32,000 nucleotides of DNA from Candidatus Arthromitus sp. SFB-mouse-Japan. Its GTDB lineage: Bacteria; Bacillota; Clostridia; Clostridiales; Clostridiaceae. The translations under genes were made by a program, and so were the position numbers. Positions 20,456 through 32,000 of this stretch are shown piece after piece (positions within the stretch are counted from its first letter, which is position 1; every line of letters starts with the position of its first letter). Location: the NCBI RefSeq assembly GCF_000270205.1, contig NC_015913.1, positions 30,001 through 62,000 on the forward strand. The letters are read 5' to 3'. Below the pieces are notes generated by a model. It made no database searches. It had not been told where the DNA came from and saw only the letters and a list, made by a program, of their open reading frames with translations.

Positions 20456-21224
20456 ATGATTCAACATGGGTTATCGAGAATGGAATTAATTATAGGAACT
20501 GAAGCGTTGAAAAATTTAAGGAGTAAGAAAGTTGTTGTATTAGGTCTTGGTGGAGTTGGATCTTATAGTGTTGAGGCTTTAGCAAGGGCTGGTATAGGAA
20601 ATATTGTTATAGTTGATGATGATACAGTTTGTTTGACTAATTTAAATAGACAACTTCATGCTATTTATAAAACAATTGGTAAATTTAAGACTAGTGCTAT
20701 GAAGGAAAGAATTGAGAGTATAAGTAAAAAAATTCATGTTACTGAAATTATAAAGACAGTTAGTAAAGATAATATAGCAGATTTTATAGAAAGTGAAGTT
20801 GATTATGTTATAGATGCCTTAGACACAGTGACAGCAAAGATTGCATTAGCAGAATATTGTGAAAAAAACAATATTAATTTGATTAGTTGTATGGGAACTG
20901 GCAATAAACTGGATCCAACTAAATTTAAGATTGCAGATATATATGAAACCAAAAATTGTCCCTTGTGTAAAGTTATGAGATATGAACTTAGAAAAAGGGG
21001 GGGTAAAAAAGTTAAGAGTAGTTTTTTCTGAAGAGATACCGAAGAAACCTAAAATGAATGAAGTGGTTAATTGTATGACGGGATGTGTATGCAATTATGA
21101 TAATGGAAGAAGTTGCACTAATAAAAGACAAATACCAGGAAGTATTTCATTTGTTCCACCAGTAGCAGGATTTATATTAGCAGGAGAAGTTATTAATACA
21201 TTTTTAGACAAAGAATTTAGGTAA
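20456..21224 (+). pseudogene. tcdA: tRNA threonylcarbamoyladenosine dehydratase (ThiF-family TcdA/CsdL), interrupted by a +1 frameshift in a G7 tract
   Basis: The N-terminal part has ..VVVLGLGGVGSYSVEALARAGIGNIVIVDDDTVCLTNLNRQ.. The frame breaks at AAAAAGGGGGGGTAAAAAA (G7 = 20997-21003). The +1 frame continues ..KGGVKKLRVVFSEEIP..PGSISFVPPVAGFILAGEVI. With G6 the ORF would be intact at 255 aa. ATG 20456 follows AGAGGTGAT. Confidence 0.8.
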
Positions 21225-21240
21225 AATGTGTAGAAAGGTA

Positions 21241-21270
21241 TTGACATGGTGGTATGAAGTTTGGTAATAT
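21241..21270 (+). promoter_or_regulatory. rrn operon B promoter
   Basis: Identical to 13014-13043 (TTGACA / TGgTAATAT). Confidence 0.7.
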
Positions 21271-21388
21271 GAGTGAGTTAGCTGTGGGACAGCCAGGAGG
21301 AAGGTTAGATAGATTATAGATCATTGACAATTGGATAGGGAAAAGGAATGAAGAGAAGAAGTCAACGTTAATTTTGAGAGACTGGGAG

Positions 21389-22915
<1,527 letters not shown>

Positions 22916-23089
22916 AAGAAAGAAGTGGATAACTTTTTCCTATTCAATTGTGAGTGACCTATAATTGGAAGGTTACTTAAGGATATAGATCTTTGAAAAT
23001 TGTATATAAATAGTAAAGATGCGAAAGGTAGCAAGTTAAATTATTAGCAATAGTAATTTAAGAGCTGGAAGAATATAGAAAGAAAAATA

Positions 23090-25982
<2,893 letters not shown>

Positions 25983-26038
25983 AAATTAGCAATATATTAT
26001 TTATATACAATTTTGAGAGATTAAAATATTTCTCAATA

Positions 26039-26154
26039 TCTGGTGATTATAACGTGTAGGCAACACCCCTATCCATACCGAACAGGAAGGTTAAGCTACA
26101 CTGTGCTGATGGTACTATAGGGTTACCCCTATGGAAGAGTAAGTCATTGCCAGT
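26039..26154 (+). rRNA. rrf: 5S ribosomal RNA (operon B)
   Basis: Same sequence as 17812-17927 at offset +8227. No tRNA follows it. Confidence 0.93.
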
Positions 26155-26161
26155 TTGTTTT

Positions 26162-26203
26162 AGAAGTAAGAGCATCGCTCTTACTTCTTTTTGTTGTTTT
26201 TTT
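26162..26203 (+). terminator. Rho-independent terminator of rrn operon B, overlapping the stop codon of the convergent fem gene
   Basis: 12-bp stem AGAAGTAAGAGC (26162-26173) / GCTCTTACTTCT (26177-26188) with a 3-nt loop, then TTTTGTTGTTTTTTT. Confidence 0.85.
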
Positions 26204-27541
26204 GAAATATAGAATTTCTGATATCCTTGAATTTAGGAAATATTTTTTTGAAAAGTAGATATATATTTTTATTTGAAATTAATGTATATTCTCCTATAAA
26301 TTCAACAAAATCGCCATTAAACATCTTTTTGAATCTATATAGTCCATATAATGGATTATCCTCATTTAAATCTCCAGAAACACCTCTAAAATCATATATA
26401 TAGCAGTTATTATCTATGCTATCTTTAATCATTTTATATTGCATTAAAAAATTTGGCATTGTATCCCTTAAAATATTGTGGGATGCTCCATATAGATACC
26501 AAGCCTTATTACCCCAGGTTAAATATATTGCACCTGATAAGTAGATTTCTTTATTTTTATATACAGAAATTGTATTTAATTTATTTTCAAGTGACGTTAA
26601 TTGAAGTTCATTGTTTTTTATTTCTTTATTTTTATTATCTATTTTAGATTTAATTTTAATGATCTTTTTTTCATCTGTTGTAGAGTTTAAGGATTCTTTT
26701 AAATTTATTAATTTTAATTTTATATTATCTAAAGTAATTTTACAGTTATTTAGTTTCTTGTAAATATTATTTTTATCAGTTTCATATGAATATTTTACTA
26801 GATAGAGTTTACAATAAGGATTTAGAGTTTTTAGCATATCTAAGAAGTATTCTTTTTTTCTGACTATAAAATTATCACGCTTACCTGTTATATTCATAAG
26901 TTCTTGAAATATATCAAGTTTATTTTCTTTTAGTGTATATTGAAAGTGTAGCTTTCAACACTGAGTCCACGTTCAATTCCAATTTTTATATTGTATCTTG
27001 CTTTACTTGAAAAACTATTTAATATATCTAGTTTGATTTCATCGTTTGTTTTATTTTCGCATTTTGTATTTAAATTTAATCTAAATACAAAATTAGGCTG
27101 AATATTCTCGAAATTTTTTGAACTATTTTCAATATACCCAAGTTTTTTAAGATTTGATATAATATCTTTATTTTCAATTATGTCATTAGTATTTTCCCTA
27201 ATATGTATATCAGGATCTATTGTAATAAAGGCTATTTTATTATTTTTAGAGTATGTTCTAAGGTATGAAGTAAATTCTTCTAGAAGAGAAAAGTTTTTAT
27301 AGTCACATACAAAACCACGAGGTATATATCCTATATTTTTATTTAATATTGGCAAATTTCTTGTTAGTATGATACAAGATAATACAATATTGTTTTTGTT
27401 ATCTAATCCTAATATTGATTTGCTTGTCCATTCTTTTTTAAAGCTTCCCCAATATGTAGTTTGGAAGATATGACCTTTAGTAGAATTAAATGAAAAGTTA
27501 TTTAACTCTTCAGGACTACCTTCTCTAAATGTATAAGCCAT
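26181..27541 (-). pseudogene. FemAB-family peptidoglycan interpeptide-bridge aminoacyltransferase, split into two ORFs by a -1 frameshift
   Basis: The N-terminal ORF 26930-27541 has ..HIFQTTYWGSFKKEW..IGYIPRGF... The C-terminal ORF 26181-26897 has a coiled-coil arm, then ..YLTWGNKAWYLYGASHN..PLYGLYRFKKMFNG... The C-terminal frame is already open from 26954 (..LKENKLDIFQELMNITGKRDNF), and there is no SD before ATG 26897. One inserted nt within 26933-26954 restores a 453-aa protein. Confidence 0.75.
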
Positions 27542-27656
27542 TTAAGAACTCCTTCCAATTATAGTCAGTTAATAGTATATAGTAAAAAAAAAACATTTTC
27601 AATAAAAGAGAATTATAATATAATCTTTATAAATTAATTTATATGGGAGGATTTAT

Positions 27657-28487
27657 ATGGTTTTATATATAGTAGGAACTCCAATAGGAAATATGAAGGA
27701 TATTACTTATAGAGCTATAGAGATATTTAATAAATGTGATATTATACTATGTGAAGATACTAGGTGTTCTCTTAAACTTTTAAACTATTATGGTATAAAG
27801 AAGAAACTGATATCTTACCATAAATTTAATGAATTTAAATTATTAGATAGGATTGTATTGGAGATTAAGTGTGGTGTTAAGTATGCTATGATAAGTGATG
27901 CTGGTATGCCTTGTATAAGTGATCCAGGTCAAATTCTTGTCAATAGATGTATAGAGGAAGGTATAAGTGTAGATGTTATTCCAGGGGCTTGTGCTGTTAT
28001 AAATGGTAAAATACTGAGTGGATTTAATAATGAGATGTTTACGTTTATAGGTTTTTTACCAAGAGAATCTAAGAAGTTAAAAGATAGGGTAGATTTAATG
28101 AAAAGTATTAAAACTATTCTTGTAATTTATGAATCACCACATAGATTAATAAAAACTCTGAATATGTTTAGGGAGGAGTTTGGAGGAGAAACTCGTATAT
28201 ACATAGGAAGAGAATTGACAAAGATGTTTGAAGAAAACTTTAGAGGTACTATTGATGATTCTATAGATTATTTTTCAAGTAATGAGATTAAAGGAGAATG
28301 TATAATTTGTATAGAAAATAATGTGAAGATCGAGGCCATAGAAGATAATTGTATAATAGAAGAGTTTATAAAGAATAGGAAGCTAGGTATAACAAATAAA
28401 GATAATATAAGGAAGATATGTAATGAATACAATCTTAAGAAAAATTATGTATATAATTTAATTACAAATGAAATCAACCTCACATAA
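27657..28487 (+). CDS. rsmI: 16S rRNA (cytidine1402-2'-O)-methyltransferase
   Basis: 276 aa with LYIVGTPIGNMKDITYRAIEIFNKCDIILCEDTR.. and ..ISDAGMPCISDPG.., typical of RsmI. GGGAGG lies upstream. The rsmI/abrB adjacency matches Bacillus. Confidence 0.9.
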   Translation: MVLYIVGTPIGNMKDITYRAIEIFNKCDIILCEDTRCSLKLLNYYGIKKKLISYHKFNEFKLLDRIVLEIKCGVKYAMISDAGMPCISDPGQILVNRCIEEGISVDVIPGACAVINGKILSGFNNEMFTFIGFLPRESKKLKDRVDLMKSIKTILVIYESPHRLIKTLNMFREEFGGETRIYIGRELTKMFEENFRGTIDDSIDYFSSNEIKGECIICIENNVKIEAIEDNCIIEEFIKNRKLGITNKDNIRKICNEYNLKKNYVYNLITNEINLT

Positions 28488-28505
28488 ATGTTAAAGTGAG
28501 GTTTT
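28475..28505 (+). terminator. Weak hairpin after rsmI
   Basis: AACCTCAC (28476-28483) / GTGAGGTT (28496-28503) with a 12-nt loop containing the stop codon, then TTGT. The U tract is poor. Confidence 0.35.
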
Positions 28506-28508
28506 GTA

Positions 28509-28751
28509 CTACACATTGTTTATTTCTGATAAGCATGTCTTACATATATTTTTATCTTTAAATGTACTTATATCTTTAGAATTACCACAGAATATGCATG
28601 CAGGTTCATATTTTTTAAGTATTATGTGATTTTTATCTACATATATCTCGAGTAAATCTTTTTCTCCTATATTAAGAGTTCTTCTTAGTTCTATTGGAAT
28701 AACAATACGTCCAAGTTCATCTACTTTTCTAACAACTCCAGTTGCTTTCAT
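28509..28751 (-). CDS. abrB: AbrB/SpoVT-family transition-state regulator with a CxxC..CxxC C-terminus
   Basis: The N-terminus MKATGVVRKVDELGRIVIPIELRRTLNIGEKDLLEIYVD..IILKKY is near-identical in pattern to the AbrB swapped-hairpin DNA-binding domain. AGGAGG lies 7 nt upstream. Confidence 0.9.
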   Translation of the reverse strand: MKATGVVRKVDELGRIVIPIELRRTLNIGEKDLLEIYVDKNHIILKKYEPACIFCGNSKDISTFKDKNICKTCLSEINNV

Positions 28752-28799
28752 TTAAATCCTCCTAAATTAAATAATTATTAATTATGAATTATAAACATA

Positions 28800-28828
28800 A
28801 ATATACATTTTTTTAAAATAATTGTCAA
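28800..28828 (-). promoter_or_regulatory. Candidate sigma-A promoter for abrB
   Basis: On the minus strand: TTGACA (28828-28823), a 17-nt spacer, and TATATT (28805-28800). A second TATAAT lies further downstream. Confidence 0.55.
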
Positions 28829-28851
28829 CATTTTACAGTACAAAAAACGAC

Positions 28852-28881
28852 AAAAAAAGGCTATATCTTTAAGATATAGCT
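28852..28881 (-). terminator. Rho-independent terminator after the HesB-like gene
   Basis: On the minus strand: GCTATATCT-TAA-AGATATAGC followed by CTTTTTTTG (the A7 run at 28852-28858 on the plus strand). Confidence 0.8.
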
Positions 28882-28887
28882 TTTATT

Positions 28888-29178
28888 TTAACATGATGAA
28901 TGTTTAGACTTAACTTTAAAAGTTGTTCCCATGAAGTTTTTAGAATGAGATATAGTAGAATCATCTAAAAATTCTTCAAATTCACTATCAACAATTATAG
29001 TTAAATCGTTTATATTAACAACAATATCATTATTATTTATTTGTTCTTCCAGAACAATTCCAAAAGCAGGACCACCTCATCCAAATCCAGCCACATTAAT
29101 CCTTATATATTTTTTAGATTTTTTAGATAATTGAGCTTTTAATAGTTCACAAGTATCATTAGAAACGTTTATTTTCAT
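28888..29178 (-). CDS. HesB/IscA-like small protein with an in-frame TGA (candidate selenocysteine) at codon 34
   Basis: Absent from the ORF track. ATG 29178 lies 9 nt after GGAGGTG. There are 96 codons, MKINVSNDTCELLKAQLSKKSKKYIRINVAGFG[TGA 29079-29077]GGPAFGIVLEEQINNNDIVVNINDLTIIVDSEFEEFLDDSTISHSKNFMGTTFKVKSKHSSC, ending at TAA 28890-28888, followed by a strong terminator. The frame stays open and homologous-looking on both sides of the TGA. Confidence 0.6.
29041..29057 (-). promoter_or_regulatory. Candidate SECIS-like hairpin downstream of the in-frame UGA
   Basis: On the minus strand: UUGUUC-UGGAA-GAACAA (6-bp stem, G-containing apical loop), starting 22 nt after the U of UGA. An alternative 7-bp wobble-rich stem is CUUUUGG/CUGGAAG. 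Confidence 0.35.
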
Positions 29179-29182
29179 TTTT

Positions 29183-29941
29183 TTATTCACCTCCTCTCAA
29201 TTTATTATTCATAATTTGAAGATATTCATTTATGCTAATATTAATTATAGGGTAATTAGAATAATTAGTATCATCAAAATGCCACCATTCAGTGTATATT
29301 GGTTTAAAACCGTGTTTTATCATTATATTTTTTAATAATTCTGCATTTCTAATTTGTGTTTCAGATGCACCTATATAACTTCTGTGTGCTTTATCTGAAA
29401 AATTATCAAAATCAGTAGGCATGTCTATTTCTATATCATTTAAATCAGTTAATGTAACATCTACAGCACATGCCCTATTATGATTGGAACCACCAGTATA
29501 TGGATTAGCTATATAATTACTATTTGGAACTATATCCCATAATATTTTTTGAATGTAAAATGGTCTATAAGCATCCCAGATTTTTATTTTATATCCAAGA
29601 GATTTAAATTCATTTTGTGCGTCTAATAATTTTTTTAGAGTGCTTTCTTGTAGTATACATGCGTCTGCATCATAGAGTACTTTATGTGTAAAATTATTTT
29701 TAGATGCATATCTAATATCCAAAATCATTTCATGATGAAAGGAATTTAATAACCTAAGACCATTTATAGATACATCATAGTTGTATGAATATTCTTTAGT
29801 ATTTTCAAAATTTTTGATCATAATTTTTTTATCAATTTGTGCTAATGATTCATGTGTATAATATAGTCCACCGCTTATCAAGATGATACCAAATGATAGT
29901 ATAATTATAGATATTTTATTAATAAAATTCAATATTATCAC
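29183..29941 (-). CDS. Membrane-anchored D-alanyl-D-alanine dipeptidase (VanX/DdpX, peptidase M15D)
   Basis: It has an N-terminal TM helix, then DIRYASKNNF.., the zinc/catalytic motifs ..GGSNHNRACAVDVTL.. and ..YTEWWHFDD. The start is uncertain: GTG 29941, or more likely TTG 29932, which lies 4 nt after AGGTGAT. Confidence 0.85.
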   Translation of the reverse strand: MIILNFINKISIIILSFGIILISGGLYYTHESLAQIDKKIMIKNFENTKEYSYNYDVSINGLRLLNSFHHEMILDIRYASKNNFTHKVLYDADACILQESTLKKLLDAQNEFKSLGYKIKIWDAYRPFYIQKILWDIVPNSNYIANPYTGGSNHNRACAVDVTLTDLNDIEIDMPTDFDNFSDKAHRSYIGASETQIRNAELLKNIMIKHGFKPIYTEWWHFDDTNYSNYPIINISINEYLQIMNNKLRGGE

Positions 29942-29957
29942 CTATGCATATTTTGCA

Positions 29958-29993
29958 TAAAAAAAATAAAACTATGTAATTTTACATAGTTTT
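29958..29993 (-). terminator. Rho-independent terminator after the LCP gene
   Basis: On the minus strand: AAAACTATGTA-AAAT-TACATAGTTTT followed by ATTTTTTTTAT. The stem overlaps the LCP stop codon. Confidence 0.75.
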
Positions 29994-30993
29994 ATTCTGA
30001 ATATAATATATCATTGTAAATATAATTTTGTAATTTTTCCATTGTCTTGTTTCTATCGAAAGTCAGATACCAAATATCATTTATAATTTTACCACCATCA
30101 TCATAATCTCCTTCAAAAGGAATACGAACTTGTTCAATTGTATATTTGTTTAAAAGTAAGTTTGCACCAATTGAAAGTATTTTATTTAATGATAAGCTAG
30201 TTTCTATGGCATCTATGTTTTTTTCCAATAATTTTGATAGTTTTAATGGTGAAATTGATTGGGCTTTCTCTATCATTGCCATTATTACTTTTCTTTGTCT
30301 TTCTGTTCTCTCAAAGTCTCCGTCTCCAGCAGTTCTTATGCGGGCATATGAAAGCGCCTGTATTCCAGAAAGTATTTGAAGACCTTCTTCCTTTATTACA
30401 TGTTCTCCAGAGATATTTAATAAATATTGATTTTCCTTTATGTATTGATTTAAGTTATCTATTTCATATTTTTTTATATCTAATTCAATTCCACCTAGGT
30501 CATCTATAATATTAGGTAAACTGAAAAAATCCACTGAGATGTAATCTTCAACATTTATATTAAATGTATCATTAAGTGTTTTGAGAGACAATGAGGGTCC
30601 TCCATAAAAATAGGCATGATTCAATTTGTCTTTTCCAACATCATCTATATTTACATAAAGATCTCTCATTACAGATATAAGTTTAATTTTTTTTCTTGAG
30701 GTGTCAATTGTAATAAGCATTATTGCATCAGATCTTGGTATTTCATCTTTTGATCTTCTATCTAATCCGAATAAAGCAAGAGTTATAATTTTATTGTTTA
30801 GAAATTCTGAATCCATTATTGTATCATCTAGTCCTATAGAACTCTTATCTAGTTGAGTTTCAGGAGCAATTTTTGATAAAAGTTTTAAGCTTTTGCCTGT
30901 AAAGAATCCACCTATGAATAAAATAATAATAATAAGTACATATGTCGATAGCCTAATTATTTTTTTGGTATCTTTTGGAATATTATTGAACAT
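29992..30993 (-). CDS. LytR-CpsA-Psr (LCP) family cell-wall polymer ligase
   Basis: 333 aa with an N-terminal TM anchor and LCP motifs ..LFGLDRR..PRSDAIMLITID..ISVMRDLYV..KLNHAYFYGGP.. Confidence 0.88.
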   Translation of the reverse strand: MFNNIPKDTKKIIRLSTYVLIIIILFIGGFFTGKSLKLLSKIAPETQLDKSSIGLDDTIMDSEFLNNKIITLALFGLDRRSKDEIPRSDAIMLITIDTSRKKIKLISVMRDLYVNIDDVGKDKLNHAYFYGGPSLSLKTLNDTFNINVEDYISVDFFSLPNIIDDLGGIELDIKKYEIDNLNQYIKENQYLLNISGEHVIKEEGLQILSGIQALSYARIRTAGDGDFERTERQRKVIMAMIEKAQSISPLKLSKLLEKNIDAIETSLSLNKILSIGANLLLNKYTIEQVRIPFEGDYDDGGKIINDIWYLTFDRNKTMEKLQNYIYNDILYSE

Positions 30994-31069
30994 TTGACTT
31001 ACCTCTAATAATCAATTAATTGTTAAAGTATATCATAAATATAGCATAAATAAAACTTATTTATATAAT

Positions 31070-32000
31070 TCATATACCTAATATAAATTTTTTCAATATA
31101 TTGGATTTTCTAAGGATAAATTTACTTACAATAATAGGAGAAAATCCTATTAAGAATGATATTATAACTACAAGGTTATAATTTAAATTTAATAATTGGA
31201 GTAATAGTATTCTTGTGAATATTTGTGGAAACCAAGATAATAAATAGATATCAAAACTATACTTATTTAGAGTATCAAATGTATTTGATACTAGCTTAAT
31301 ATGTCTAAATTTATAGAGTAATATACATATTATAAAAGATACATATATTCCCAATAGGCTCTTTAAAATAAATAAAATATTTGTTAAATATTTATAAAAT
31401 ACATTTAATGAATTGTAATCAATGTTAAAATTCAATAAGAATAAGATAAGTGGTATTAGTATAAATAGTATATTTCTATATTGTTTTAGATTAATATTTA
31501 AAATTTTATTTCTATAATTCATGTATACTGGATATATGTAGAGTCCTATAAAGAAGAATATATAATATTTTAATATGGTAGATATAGCCAAAAACTCTAT
31601 GTTATCTATAGTTAAGATTGACATAGCAAGTAGTATTGTTAGCACTAAATATTTATTTATTTTTATTAATACTGGGGCAAATAGAAACATAAAGAATAGT
31701 ACATATATGAACCAAAAAAATATTATAGGGTTATTCCAAGGGAAAAATAGTATATCTTTTATAGTTTCAGAGAGTACTAAAGGTCTTTCTGAAAATTTAT
31801 TTAAAATGAGTTTTATAGGTATAGTTAATGTACTTATTATAAAATAAGGTATTAGTAGTTTTTTAAATTTAGATAAAATAAATGATTTAAAATCTTTTAA
31901 GGATTTTATTTTAAAAAGTTTATTTGCAAAAAAACCAGAGATCATAAAAAATAATGGCATATGAAATGAATAAATAAGAGAATGAATATAGTTATATATT
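31070..32000 (-). CDS. Acyltransferase family 3 membrane protein (OatA-like); the 5' end lies beyond the window
   Basis: Polytopic. The frame stays open upstream of the track Met to the window edge (..IYNYIHSLIYSFHMPLFFMISGFF, the conserved motif of the family). It ends with TGA at 31070-31072. Confidence 0.75.
   Translation of the reverse strand, partial: IYNYIHSLIYSFHMPLFFMISGFFANKLFKIKSLKDFKSFILSKFKKLLIPYFIISTLTIPIKLILNKFSERPLVLSETIKDILFFPWNNPIIFFWFIYVLFFMFLFAPVLIKINKYLVLTILLAMSILTIDNIEFLAISTILKYYIFFFIGLYIYPVYMNYRNKILNINLKQYRNILFILIPLILFLLNFNIDYNSLNVFYKYLTNILFILKSLLGIYVSFIICILLYKFRHIKLVSNTFDTLNKYSFDIYLLSWFPQIFTRILLLQLLNLNYNLVVIISFLIGFSPIIVSKFILRKSNILKKFILGI

Noticed and set aside
29077-29079. 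Reading the in-frame TGA as Trp or Gly (genetic code 4 or 25)
   Set aside because: mtnN (stop at 19623-19625) and the family-3 acyltransferase (31070-31072) end at TGA at the expected protein lengths. The organism has Firmicutes cell-wall genes. Standard code 11 applies, so the TGA is either Sec or a nonsense mutation.

Overview
This is a very AT-rich chromosomal segment (roughly three-quarters A+T by eye outside the rRNA genes). It comes from a low-GC Gram-positive, Clostridia/Bacilli-like bacterium. It carries the origin-proximal housekeeping synteny known from Bacillus: tadA, SRP RNA, dnaX, ybaB, recR, rrn, and the rsmI/abrB pair. In order, the window holds: the 3' end of a type I hsdR; a split chrA pair; a co-directional array of proS, two DUF4358-like lipoproteins, an MBOAT O-acyltransferase and a DHHW protein; a degenerate CobW-like P-loop protein; tRNA-Arg(CCT); a CorC/HlyC transporter; tadA; tRNA-Ser(GGA) abutting a long Bacillus-type SRP RNA; dnaX-ybaB-recR; rrn operon A (16S-23S-5S plus tRNA-Lys); an mtnN / DUF1576 membrane protein / 113-aa operon; tcdA; rrn operon B; a FemAB-family gene; rsmI; abrB; and a cell-wall group (VanX-type dipeptidase, LCP protein, family-3 acyltransferase). 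The two rrn operons form a 4954-bp direct repeat at offset +8227, apparently identical, and its left edge reaches into the 3' ends of recR and tcdA. Several items are missing from the ORF track: a 96-codon HesB/IscA-like ORF with an in-frame TGA in a G-F-G-x-G-G-P motif plus a downstream hairpin (candidate selenoprotein), the SRP RNA, three tRNAs, and rRNA processing stems. Three genes are broken by single-nucleotide frameshifts: tcdA in a G7 tract, DHHW in an A5 tract, and femAB. I saw no CRISPR array, transposase, integrase or phage gene, and I cannot point to a clear novel multi-gene defence-type system. The strongest leads are the TGA-containing HesB-like gene, the G7-interrupted tcdA, the mtnN-DUF1576-113aa operon, and the MBOAT/DHHW/DUF4358 envelope cluster.
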